From IMG/VR virus record IMGVR_UViG_3300025131_008220, positions 19,920-83,919 of that record: a DNA stretch of 64,000 bases, one strand, 5' to 3'. Each line of letters starts with the position of its first letter. Positions within the stretch are counted from its first letter, which is position 1. The DNA is from a virus. The position numbers were made by a program, and so were the translations under genes. The notes beneath the pieces are model-generated. The model was not told where the DNA came from, ran no database searches, and saw only the letters and a list, made by a program, of their open reading frames with translations. Positions 46,990 to 56,859 of this stretch are shown in pieces.

Positions 46990-49900
46990 CTAACTTTGAA
47001 CCTCCCTAGGGTCAACATAGTAATATGAGGCAGGATCTTCCTCTGCAGACCTAGAAGCTAGCTCTGTATATTTCCAATTTATAGAGTCTACTTGCCCCGG
47101 CGAGTTATAGTAAGTATAAGGCATGACAAACTGACCACACATAGCCCTCATATAAAAATCCATCTGAGCATAAGGCTCTACGTCTAACAGAGAATCTTGC
47201 CCAACCAACGGGATAAGCTTCAAAAAATAAAACCTAGGGTAACAAGCTCCCCAAGGCCTGTATCCTGAGCCTTCACGAACATAAGACTTCGCTGCGTAGT
47301 CTCCTATCATGTTCCTATTACAGTTATAACTATTATGGGACACTTTGAAATATTCACTTGTATGCGCGTTGTTTTTTGAATCTGTTTTAATACCATATTT
47401 ATGCATTAAATGCTCTACGACTGCATTCTCATCTGTTCTATAGGGTTCAGTTCTTATTCCCCCGGAATATCTGCCGGGATCCATGCCTGCCCAACCACTA
47501 GGACCGACATTGAGCCTTCCTGTGCCTTTCAGCGGCGGATAAATCTCCACTCTTACCACTTGGGCTGCCGGTAAAGTACCGTGCCTTTTTATTGCAGAAG
47601 GATTAAAGTGAGCTCCATACTTTAGTCTACCTCCATAGGGGCTTACTAAGCTGCAACTAGTTATCTTGTATGGCCTGTCTGAGGCTGGAGGACACGAAGT
47701 CCTGTAAGCGTGAATAAAATTACCATGCGAACCGTAAGTGTGTAAATTTCCGTCATGAGGGTTATTAGTATTGAAAATATAATTGTAGTTTTTCGAGCTT
47801 TTGGATAGGAAAATATGTAAACGTGGACCCGGAACAGTAGAAGCGTGATCTGGAACCCTGCATAGCTCAGTTCTTATCATTTGATATTTATCCTCCATGC
47901 CCCTTTCGTATTCATGCGATCTATGATGGCACCTGTTATTAAGAAAACCCATTATATCACTATAGACACTAGGTTTATAGATACTAGCGCTGCCAGTATT
48001 ATAATGATCCGAAGTCATAAACATGACCCATTCGTTTGTAGTTCCACCTTGTATGTCAGAAAGAGACTGATTAGAACTTCTTATACCCTCTTCTTCGAAA
48101 GCCCCCCATTCTGGGAGCATAGTACCGCTACCCAAATTCCAACTTCCGTTCTCTAAATTTTGCTTTCCGGCTACTCCTTTAAAACGCCCACCATGCCCAT
48201 ACGGAAACCCGTTATAGTTGATAGTTCCACCTTTTGGTAAGTATACATAATACCATTTATTTGGTAATATAGGATTGAACTTTGCATGCGAAGCATAATC
48301 TATATCTCCGTTGCCCCCGTACCTACTTGCAATACCCTCAAAAAACCAACCACATGGATCAACGCTTGGCTCCATATTCCTAAGTACGGTTGCCTTGGAT
48401 CTGTTAGCTAAACCCATCCAAGCGAATCTCTTAAAGTAGAATACTCCTCGTCCGTTTTCTATGGTATAATTTAATAGCTGATGCCTGTCTACCATACGCA
48501 TACAAGAACTAACAAATTTTCTCATAGATTCATATATAGGATTAGAACTGACTTTCTGTCTTAATGCAGGCACTACACCTGACCCGAAGACATTAACAGC
48601 CGAACCATATTTAATATAATTACGGAATACCGCATTAGAATCATGAAAAGCGTGACCAACAGTACCCATTCCGGGCAGATCATGACCTATTACACTACTC
48701 ATGCTGTTCATCGGGTTCTGCTTTTCTGTCGCAACCCTAAGCAAAGCGTAGGCGTCATGAAAACTTGGCCTATGATTCAATAATATAGCTGGCTCTATAG
48801 TCGCTGTAAAAAAATTACTTTCTGTATCTATTAATAGATGGGAATCTACATCCAAATTTAATTTAAATAATCTAATGCGTGTATGAGGGATTGTGTTCTT
48901 TGCATTTCCCGGATTTACCCTGCTTTCTAAAGCAGCCTTGATGTCAAACCAATGATCTGCTTCACTAGGACCATATGCAGTTAGCCTACTGTCCTGTCTA
49001 GACGAAAGCCATATTGGTGTCCTACCGCCAGTTGATGTCCCCATTGTTATGAACATCTGTTTTCCTGACATTGCATAACTTATTTTTTCCCCTTCGTTCT
49101 TGTCGTATATTCTATCATACTTATCACTGTATGCAATCCCAGTTTGTATCATTATCGCATCACCATCGCTTAGACCGCTAACTTCGCCATCAGGAACCAA
49201 CAGGTAGCCTTTGCCGATAGTAACTTTGTCATTATCGGAGCCTATAACTATCGCAGAGGTAAAGCTCTTTACTACATTTGAGTAAGGATTACCAAAAGAT
49301 ATGACTCTGTCGTGAGCCTTCTCTTTCTTAATTCTTCCTTCGTAATTTGTTTGTGCGGCTCTCTTTTCTCCACCTTCCCTACGTGGTAATTCTATGAGAT
49401 TGTCTTCAATAACTGGAGCTATTTCAAATCTATATTTGCCAGCCGTAGGGGGGTTTTTAAAATAGAATATTTTATTATATACGTAGGCCCTTCTCCCTTG
49501 CCCAAACTTTGCATTTGCTCTATTTATTGCATAACTATATCTTCTATTTATTATGGTCTCATGTACAATTCTGTTCCTGCCACTCACATGCCTCCATATC
49601 CTAAGCTTGAAAGTTAAGTTAGGATTTTCTACAGCACTTGTTCGTATATAATATCCGGCGAGACAGAAGTTAACCTTCCTAGCATTAGTTTTTACAAACA
49701 GGAACGGGTCGTTCAGCTTAACACCATACCCATGCTCCGGAGCATCTAGATAAGAACACTTAAACAACATGGCTTTATTAGGACTCCTGTCGTTAACATC
49801 AGAAGCAGGAAACCTTAAGGTCTTGCCATACTCAGAACTGTTGGTTGATCCTATTTCTATGTCGTCGTAGTTCTCATAAGCCATAGGGTAATGAGTTACT

Positions 49901-51192
49901 TCTGTTGTTGTGTTGATACTGGGTACACCAGAAGCTAAATTTCTATCACTTGATTTTCTGGGGAAGCCATTAACCCTTCCTAGCCAGTTATTTCTACTTA
50001 CGCCAGACCCTATTGTAAACTTATATGCACATCTAAACTGGTTGAGCCTAGTATTGCCTATTCCATCATGGTACATGTAGCTACTATCTTCCTTATTCTT
50101 GATGCGCCACCCAAGAGAAGGGGCAAGTAAGTTCTGCCTAGTATAGTACTTAAAAAAATCGAAACCAACTTTGCAAATATTTAAAGGACCATGAGTCCTA
50201 ACGCTCTGCAAGCCTATAGTTTGCTCCCCTCTATAGGCCGCTGTAGACTGGTATTCCATGGAAGGAGCATCCCAATCTTTTCTTTCGCAAAACAGACTCC
50301 TTTGATGCTCGCTACCACGAAAGTAAAAAGCGTAAACCCATAGGCCCCATCTTAAAACATCTTTAGCTGCGTTCTTTCTTTTTAGCACTCCATGAGAAGG
50401 GTACACGGTTCCTCGATAGTCTCCAGCATATACAGATTGGTATCCACCTCCGTACACAGAAGGAGCGTAACGAGCATATACCGTATTACTAGCATACTCC
50501 CTAAAATATCTGTCAGAAGAACGCCCTGCAGCAAAAAGACTTTGGCTAACATGGACCGGATCCCACGGAGAGGGAAGGTACGGAGTCTTACTGGAATTTA
50601 AAAAATTACCTGCGTACATGGTATTCACAGGAAACGGTCCCATTGCTTTGTCTCCATCTAGCCATGACTTGTAAGCCCCTTCTGAAAAACTATTATTCGG
50701 GGCTATAGCTCCCCTTTGCCTGAACGAATCTTGCCAATACTGATTATTAGTTAGAACTGCTCTAGAGCTCTGCACCAACCCATCAAACAAGTTGCCCTCT
50801 GCCCAAGGACCCATTTTGGTAATCTGTTTATTCTCAGCGGTTACCCTTCCAAAAATATAAGCGTTCAGGGGGTTCATAACATTAGCCCCCTCTGGGTACC
50901 CAGCGAGAGTAATTGGCCAGTTCCCCTCCCCAGTCTCACCTGTCGGCTGCTCTATGCAGGAATATATTTTCCACCACTCATCCTCAGGGGGGTTGATACC
51001 TAAAGGCATTCCCGGAGTTGCTGTGTTGCGCATGCCAAGAAATATGCTATCAGCATAATAAAATATAGACCACGAGCAACTAGGGCCAGCTAGCTCTAAC
51101 CTATTGTTAAACTGCTTCGCTAAGAAATTATGGTGTGCGGCTTTTGGACATGTAGCTTTATCTACGAGAGGAACGTTCGAATAGAAAAACAT
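46990..51192 (-). CDS. Large putative virion structural protein (1400 aa)
   Basis: Position in tail module; aromatic/Gly-rich; shares a YNG..Y..G..F.GVAGK motif with the giant protein. Confidence 0.55.
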   Translation of the reverse strand: MFFYSNVPLVDKATCPKAAHHNFLAKQFNNRLELAGPSCSWSIFYYADSIFLGMRNTATPGMPLGINPPEDEWWKIYSCIEQPTGETGEGNWPITLAGYPEGANVMNPLNAYIFGRVTAENKQITKMGPWAEGNLFDGLVQSSRAVLTNNQYWQDSFRQRGAIAPNNSFSEGAYKSWLDGDKAMGPFPVNTMYAGNFLNSSKTPYLPSPWDPVHVSQSLFAAGRSSDRYFREYASNTVYARYAPSVYGGGYQSVYAGDYRGTVYPSHGVLKRKNAAKDVLRWGLWVYAFYFRGSEHQRSLFCERKDWDAPSMEYQSTAAYRGEQTIGLQSVRTHGPLNICKVGFDFFKYYTRQNLLAPSLGWRIKNKEDSSYMYHDGIGNTRLNQFRCAYKFTIGSGVSRNNWLGRVNGFPRKSSDRNLASGVPSINTTTEVTHYPMAYENYDDIEIGSTNSSEYGKTLRFPASDVNDRSPNKAMLFKCSYLDAPEHGYGVKLNDPFLFVKTNARKVNFCLAGYYIRTSAVENPNLTFKLRIWRHVSGRNRIVHETIINRRYSYAINRANAKFGQGRRAYVYNKIFYFKNPPTAGKYRFEIAPVIEDNLIELPRREGGEKRAAQTNYEGRIKKEKAHDRVISFGNPYSNVVKSFTSAIVIGSDNDKVTIGKGYLLVPDGEVSGLSDGDAIMIQTGIAYSDKYDRIYDKNEGEKISYAMSGKQMFITMGTSTGGRTPIWLSSRQDSRLTAYGPSEADHWFDIKAALESRVNPGNAKNTIPHTRIRLFKLNLDVDSHLLIDTESNFFTATIEPAILLNHRPSFHDAYALLRVATEKQNPMNSMSSVIGHDLPGMGTVGHAFHDSNAVFRNYIKYGSAVNVFGSGVVPALRQKVSSNPIYESMRKFVSSCMRMVDRHQLLNYTIENGRGVFYFKRFAWMGLANRSKATVLRNMEPSVDPCGWFFEGIASRYGGNGDIDYASHAKFNPILPNKWYYVYLPKGGTINYNGFPYGHGGRFKGVAGKQNLENGSWNLGSGTMLPEWGAFEEEGIRSSNQSLSDIQGGTTNEWVMFMTSDHYNTGSASIYKPSVYSDIMGFLNNRCHHRSHEYERGMEDKYQMIRTELCRVPDHASTVPGPRLHIFLSKSSKNYNYIFNTNNPHDGNLHTYGSHGNFIHAYRTSCPPASDRPYKITSCSLVSPYGGRLKYGAHFNPSAIKRHGTLPAAQVVRVEIYPPLKGTGRLNVGPSGWAGMDPGRYSGGIRTEPYRTDENAVVEHLMHKYGIKTDSKNNAHTSEYFKVSHNSYNCNRNMIGDYAAKSYVREGSGYRPWGACYPRFYFLKLIPLVGQDSLLDVEPYAQMDFYMRAMCGQFVMPYTYYNSPGQVDSINWKYTELASRSAEEDPASYYYVDPREVQS

Positions 51193-51195
51193 ATG

Positions 51196-51702
51196 TTAAC
51201 TCCATTTTGCGCAACCCACCGTTGTTGTGGAATCCCCTCCACCGTTGCCGCCCCTCTCTTGATAATTTAGGTCTATCCAACCTGACTCTTGAACAGCTTC
51301 CGTGCCCGTCCAAAGCACGTGAAGAGTGTCGGTCGATTGATATAATGGCCTAGCTGTAAAATTTCCTTCTGCGTCAAAAAACCCCTCAGGAACATCTATT
51401 AGAAATCTTCCGTCGCCATTATTGGGAATCTTTTTACTGCCAGCATACCTAACCATTAGTACTTTTCTTTTTTGACGAGACGTAAGGCTGTTTTCGCTCA
51501 CTCCTTTTTGCAACCATGGTGGCGGAATTTTCCATTTTGAAGTCTCTGTTTCCTTGGCAGGTGGAACCTTCCACTCCTTACCGTTAAACACCCACTCGGC
51601 TGGCACATCTGGGTTCGGCATTATAGTAGAGTCTTCCGCTGTTCCCACAGGATGAACCTTTAGTATAATTTCTTTCTTTTTAGTTTTTTTAAGATTTGCC
51701 AT
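51196..51702 (-). CDS. Hypothetical protein in tail module
   Basis: 168-aa ORF tightly packed in the operon. Confidence 0.55.
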   Translation of the reverse strand: MANLKKTKKKEIILKVHPVGTAEDSTIMPNPDVPAEWVFNGKEWKVPPAKETETSKWKIPPPWLQKGVSENSLTSRQKRKVLMVRYAGSKKIPNNGDGRFLIDVPEGFFDAEGNFTARPLYQSTDTLHVLWTGTEAVQESGWIDLNYQERGGNGGGDSTTTVGCAKWS

Positions 51703-51704
51703 TT

Positions 51705-53519
51705 TTACGAACTAGCTGTTAATGGATGTATAGGTGTGTATTTTGGTATGCCGTCGAAGTTACCTTTTGCATTAAAAGGACCACTGTCCATTACTGTTCC
51801 CGTTATATTTGTACTTGCTAAGAATCCGTCCGCGCCACTTACAACTAACCTATACACCATAGGGTCTATGTCGACATAATTTTTAGCCATAACAGAGATA
51901 TCTATAAAGTCTGTATTCCCGTCTTTATATTTCCAATACTTCAAAGGAGCTGTATCTGCACCAGTAGCAGTTTGCTCAACAAATTCATCAGCACCAAATT
52001 CTCCAGTAAACAGCCTCCAATCTGACGCAGGTTTTGTATAGTTAAATATTTCTGGTATTCCGCTGGCCAAAGTCTTAGTTGTGGCCGAAACACTATTCGG
52101 CTGCGGTATAACAGTTGATATGTCCACTACTCCTGTATGCCTAGTTATTAAAGTGCCATCGTTCGTCTTAACTAAATGAGAAACGTCTGACCCAGATGAA
52201 CCGTCCTCACCGGTGTATAAGTTAGTGCTTATTGAGGCAAGGTGAGCTTCTACCATTTTGCTACTATTCTCAGTAGTAACAGAGATAAGCCCAACGGCTT
52301 CGTCATTAATAACAGTACCGAAGGAAGCTCCCGCTATGCCAGCAGAACCCGCAGAACTGTCAACACCTAAGGTGTCCAACTCTCCAGTCCTAAAAACTAT
52401 ATCTTTAATAGAGGAGCTTGTTGATGTGTACCCTAAGCCGCTACCACTTAACTTAATACCAGTTATGAAAGAGTATTGTTTCGAATGGTCTCCCTCGACA
52501 TGTTCCAGATATACCTTATAAGGCAGGCCTGCAGAGCTTTCCGGCAAAGACATTCTTTCAGCAGAGTAAACCATAGAGTAGACTCCGCTTACCTTTTCTC
52601 CTTGACCAGCATTAATAAAACCAAAGTCCTGTCTGATACCTCCGCTATTTAAAGGCGCGCCATTACCGAAAAACCCTTCGTCGTCGTCAACCACAGACAA
52701 AGATATCCCACTTGGATTTTCTGGCTTAACTCCCCTAAGGCTACACTCCTTCCTCACTTTTCCAAAAGTAGTATGAAAGTCTATGCCTAATATATATTCA
52801 TGCCGTGAAAGCTCGGTTTTAGCTATTAGCCTTAAATCTTTTTTTGTACTATTACCGTCTACATCACTCAGATATGCTATGTTTGAAGAACTGTTGTCAA
52901 AAGAGAAATTGCGTTTTCCTATTGTAACCTCTCCAGACAAGAGGCTGCCAACCAAGTTTATTCCTGAGTTAAAAGTTAAAGCATTTGTAAATGTTATGGT
53001 ATCCCCAGTCCCCGAGTTGCCACTGCTGCTAGTACTACCGTAACCACTAGTACCAGATGAGCCAGAGGTACCGAAAACCTCAAAAGACATAGTTTCTTCT
53101 AAATCTAAAGACCCTGCCTGTCCGTATAGATCCAAGTTTCTTATATTTATCTCACAACCATCAGAGTCAAAGAAAAAATTCCTTATTTTAAAATCTGTTT
53201 TCGATCCCTTGGTGCATATTAAATTGTTGTCAATAAAGTAGTCATAGCTATTAGGCAGGAAAGTCCCTTTGAGATTTATATCCGCATCTTGCTGATAAGA
53301 ATAAACACATCTGTCTTCCGGGTCAAACACTCTGCCGCTTTTTAAAGTAAATTGTACTTTTTTAGAATTTGAGGGGCTGTTTGATGAGCCAATAAAACCG
53401 GATATACCAAACACAGCTTCTCCAGTAGTGTTTGTGACCGACATATCTAAATTATATGCCAACTTAGAATCACTATCAAAAGTTGAAATTTTTCTATTCC
53501 TATATCCAGATATTTTCAT
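51705..53519 (-). CDS. Putative virion structural protein
   Basis: S/G/T-rich, beta-strand character, LSGSGLGY motif, GS linker. Confidence 0.55.
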   Translation of the reverse strand: MKISGYRNRKISTFDSDSKLAYNLDMSVTNTTGEAVFGISGFIGSSNSPSNSKKVQFTLKSGRVFDPEDRCVYSYQQDADINLKGTFLPNSYDYFIDNNLICTKGSKTDFKIRNFFFDSDGCEINIRNLDLYGQAGSLDLEETMSFEVFGTSGSSGTSGYGSTSSSGNSGTGDTITFTNALTFNSGINLVGSLLSGEVTIGKRNFSFDNSSSNIAYLSDVDGNSTKKDLRLIAKTELSRHEYILGIDFHTTFGKVRKECSLRGVKPENPSGISLSVVDDDEGFFGNGAPLNSGGIRQDFGFINAGQGEKVSGVYSMVYSAERMSLPESSAGLPYKVYLEHVEGDHSKQYSFITGIKLSGSGLGYTSTSSSIKDIVFRTGELDTLGVDSSAGSAGIAGASFGTVINDEAVGLISVTTENSSKMVEAHLASISTNLYTGEDGSSGSDVSHLVKTNDGTLITRHTGVVDISTVIPQPNSVSATTKTLASGIPEIFNYTKPASDWRLFTGEFGADEFVEQTATGADTAPLKYWKYKDGNTDFIDISVMAKNYVDIDPMVYRLVVSGADGFLASTNITGTVMDSGPFNAKGNFDGIPKYTPIHPLTASS

Positions 53520-56500
53520 TACATCGATCTATAAAATGCATTCTTAGGCTGTACTTCCTTGGCTATTGAGCCAACTTTTCTGTATATGGCATCAAGCTCG
53601 GGCTGAGTCGGGGGCCTATTACTAAAGCTGATATTTAAATAGTACCCACTCTCATCACTTGTTATAGTTAAGGAGTCTAGGCCATTTTCTTGTTTTAAAT
53701 ATTCTATCAGACCCTTCATCCCTTGAGCTCCGTCTAAATATATTTTGTAATTAACTTCTTCCCTTACGCTGTCAACTTGCGCGGAGGATATATTATTCTT
53801 TAATAAATTATGATACCTACCAGCCGTTATGTTTTGAAGATTCAAATAGCTTCTATCGCCATCCTGAGTGACCTCTCCTGTTAAGTCCGCCATAATGTCT
53901 ATAGGTATCTCTCCTTCTATTAACTTAGATCTATTATCCTCATCAAAAACAGAGCTTACATCCTGTGTAATATCTTGGACTTGGTATTTAATGGTAGAAA
54001 TCTTAGGGCTGACTGGAACCAAGGTTTTATCTAATCCATCGTAAACCCTACGCACACCAAAATCGGTATAAGTAGAATCTCTATTATATATTATTATGCC
54101 TTTATGGTTATTCTCGCTTGGTGCGGTTATGCTTGTCAGGTTATTGAGCTGTTGGCTTAGGGGCTTTCCTGATCTTCTCCTTTCTATATCAAGGTAAAGA
54201 AGCTCGCCCGTTCCCTTGCCCAAACTTTGCATTATTTTTTTCCTTCTCAACGTAATCCTCTGTCCAGTTATTTTATTACCACCGGAGCCACTAGATCCAC
54301 TAGATCCATTGTTTCCGTCAGGCATCATTTCCAGACTGTACGCTGAGTCCTTTATAGCTTGCGCCTCTCCGCAGCTTAACTCGGTTTGACCGAAAAGACT
54401 TGAATTACAAAGAGACTCCGCTAGATCTTGCTCACAGACCGTTGTGCAGTTTTCCGTATCTTTTGGAGTAACTTCTGCCGACCTATCGCAAATAGAGCTA
54501 AGAGCATTTAATTCTTCTACGATATTTTCCCCATACCCTTTGCTTATGGCTATATCCCCAATCCTCTGAGCATTGAAAGAACCGTCAGAGTTTGATAAAA
54601 CAAGACACAACCGCACGTCTTTCCCTGAAGACTGAGCAGAAGTCATAGCGCTTAGAATCTCAGCGTACTGGCCTCCCGTGGAATAATCCGCCTTAATCCT
54701 CACATCTCCTAAGATCTGCGCCAAAGCAGGCATTTCCTGCGTAAAAGGAACGTAGTCTTTAATTATATTTTTTCTAGCCCTAGGCTGATCTTTGTCACTA
54801 TAATATCCCCCATCTGCAAACAGCTGCGAGTTTTTAGGTGCGAGTGTATACGGGTTAAGTAAATTTTCTACGTCTTCTTTAGAGCCCATCCAAGGAGCTG
54901 TCCTATCGAAATGAAAAAATCCGTACTGCCTTCTGGCCGTAAAAATGTTGTCATCACAAGGGCCACCCTCTACTAAGCTTCTCCTTAGTCTTTTATTATC
55001 ATCTAGTAAATGATTCGTATATGTAGCACCGCCCTTTTCTAAAGAGTTGATAGATAAGTCTTCCATTTTCTGAAGGAACTTTGCCATCGGAGTCTTGTAA
55101 TGTTGGTTCGCTCCGTAAAACTCAGAACTAGGCTTAGTCTCTAAAGCCTCTAATATTTTATAAGCCTTATTGCATTCAAAAAATTCTGCGGCAGGAGCAG
55201 AAAGGACATAGTTCCTCCCGTAGTAGTCGGAGGCAATTTGTTGCTCTACATTATGGCTGTGCTCTTTTACATTTTCATCATAAATACCAAAAAATATATG
55301 ATAACTACTTCCGTTAGGCCCTAATGGAGCGTTCCCATCCTGAGAGGTCTGGTTTTTATGGTTAGTAATTAAGCTGGTTAAGCCAACATGTGCAAGTAAT
55401 TTCTCCTTTAAGCCCCCTGCCGCCCAAGAGTTAACAAAGGTTAAGGGGATTACGCTAGAGAAGCCCAGAGCGTTAAAATACCCATAGGACCTCTTCCATC
55501 CACCCCTAGTCTGAGCAGCAATTGCAGCCCTAGCGTTAAAAGCGTCCCTTAGATCTGGGGCATATTTACCCAAAGTCATGCTAGTAAAAAAATCACCGTA
55601 AGCAGATCTTCCTAATATCTTATTTCTGCCACCAGCTAAAGCTCCTAGCTTCTGACAACTAAAGAAAACCTCCGCTGTCTTTCTTTTGGTTTCTGACTTT
55701 GCAGAGGGGCCTCTATTAAAAGTAGAAGAGTAAGCTTGGGAAAAAGTGCCATCCAAACTGTTGCTGTGGCTTTTTTCATTTATGACTATGTCGGTTCCTT
55801 CATTCATAGTCATACCGTGACCTTTATCCAAAAGATCAATACCAGAAATAGCATTTTCGAATTTAGCTTGAATAGATTTATCCGACAAGTCTACAACAGA
55901 TAAAGTGGGTAGCTGCTTAGTGAAATCCCAATAAAAAGAAATAGCCAAATCGTTACCCCAGTTTTGTAAGACGTCTTTAAGGGTTCCGCTATATTTTTTC
56001 GTCATATGTTGATTGTCTCTTCTTTCGGGATATCTAGATAAATCTACATTAATCTTGAAACTCCTTATAGCGCTGATCAAGTCAGAAAAACTGTAAGAGA
56101 CGTCAGCTAAGTCGCAATTAGAACTAGAAAATTCCTCCTTACCTAAAACAATATATCCGCCTGACCATATACCAAACTCCGAACTTTCGTCCATCCTTTT
56201 GAGCCGGTAGTTTAAGCCCGCTATCCCGGTGGGGTTAGCGAGATACCTGAGAGTTTTTCTTTTTGATAAATTATAATCGGTGGCGCTGCAAACAGTATAA
56301 GCCACCTGAGTGCCTCCTTGCGTGATTATGTGAGACTCGGGCTTGGGGCACTTGACTAACATGTCTATCATGTGAGGTACTTCAAATTTGGATCGCTTGG
56401 TACTAAGCGTGGGGTTGCCATCTGCGTCTAACTGTTTCTCGCCTTGTGACCCAATATGGAAGTGCTCATGGATTAGACCAACAAAAATTCTATCCAATAA

Positions 56501-56839
56501 CACAGCACCATCAGAGTAAGTTAGGTTCAGTAGTTTATTTCCTACTGATGTAGTCGTGTTATAGGAAGTTAAAAACATATTCCTAAACATAGGGCTCCCA
56601 GCAAACTTTATATCAACGGGAGAGGCTAAGTTTAAGTCGTCTTTAGTAATATCAAAATCTCTTTTGTCTACGTTGTTAGTTGAGACCTTGCTGTCTAAGG
56701 CAACGTTTACATTTAGCGTAGTCGCATCCCCATTGTAGCCTACCTGAGAGTCAGCTGAATATATTACTCCCCCGAAAGCTAAGCCCTGCTTGTTGCCTCC
56801 TATCTGAATACTCGGTACACTTACTTTATCTTTTGCCAT
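53519..56839 (-). CDS. Putative tail hub/baseplate protein
   Basis: Position downstream of tape-measure-like gene; YSGTLKDVLQNWGNDLAISFYWD resembles hub-type segments; inference. Confidence 0.45.
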   Translation of the reverse strand: MAKDKVSVPSIQIGGNKQGLAFGGVIYSADSQVGYNGDATTLNVNVALDSKVSTNNVDKRDFDITKDDLNLASPVDIKFAGSPMFRNMFLTSYNTTTSVGNKLLNLTYSDGAVLLDRIFVGLIHEHFHIGSQGEKQLDADGNPTLSTKRSKFEVPHMIDMLVKCPKPESHIITQGGTQVAYTVCSATDYNLSKRKTLRYLANPTGIAGLNYRLKRMDESSEFGIWSGGYIVLGKEEFSSSNCDLADVSYSFSDLISAIRSFKINVDLSRYPERRDNQHMTKKYSGTLKDVLQNWGNDLAISFYWDFTKQLPTLSVVDLSDKSIQAKFENAISGIDLLDKGHGMTMNEGTDIVINEKSHSNSLDGTFSQAYSSTFNRGPSAKSETKRKTAEVFFSCQKLGALAGGRNKILGRSAYGDFFTSMTLGKYAPDLRDAFNARAAIAAQTRGGWKRSYGYFNALGFSSVIPLTFVNSWAAGGLKEKLLAHVGLTSLITNHKNQTSQDGNAPLGPNGSSYHIFFGIYDENVKEHSHNVEQQIASDYYGRNYVLSAPAAEFFECNKAYKILEALETKPSSEFYGANQHYKTPMAKFLQKMEDLSINSLEKGGATYTNHLLDDNKRLRRSLVEGGPCDDNIFTARRQYGFFHFDRTAPWMGSKEDVENLLNPYTLAPKNSQLFADGGYYSDKDQPRARKNIIKDYVPFTQEMPALAQILGDVRIKADYSTGGQYAEILSAMTSAQSSGKDVRLCLVLSNSDGSFNAQRIGDIAISKGYGENIVEELNALSSICDRSAEVTPKDTENCTTVCEQDLAESLCNSSLFGQTELSCGEAQAIKDSAYSLEMMPDGNNGSSGSSGSGGNKITGQRITLRRKKIMQSLGKGTGELLYLDIERRRSGKPLSQQLNNLTSITAPSENNHKGIIIYNRDSTYTDFGVRRVYDGLDKTLVPVSPKISTIKYQVQDITQDVSSVFDEDNRSKLIEGEIPIDIMADLTGEVTQDGDRSYLNLQNITAGRYHNLLKNNISSAQVDSVREEVNYKIYLDGAQGMKGLIEYLKQENGLDSLTITSDESGYYLNISFSNRPPTQPELDAIYRKVGSIAKEVQPKNAFYRSM

Positions 56840-56859
56840 ATCCTTAAATACTTTTACAC

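Noticed and set aside
53000-54320. Gly/Ser-rich low-complexity runs (GTSGSSGTSG, GSSGSSGSGG)
   Set aside because: Short in-frame protein linkers, not a DNA repeat array, CRISPR or diversity-generating element
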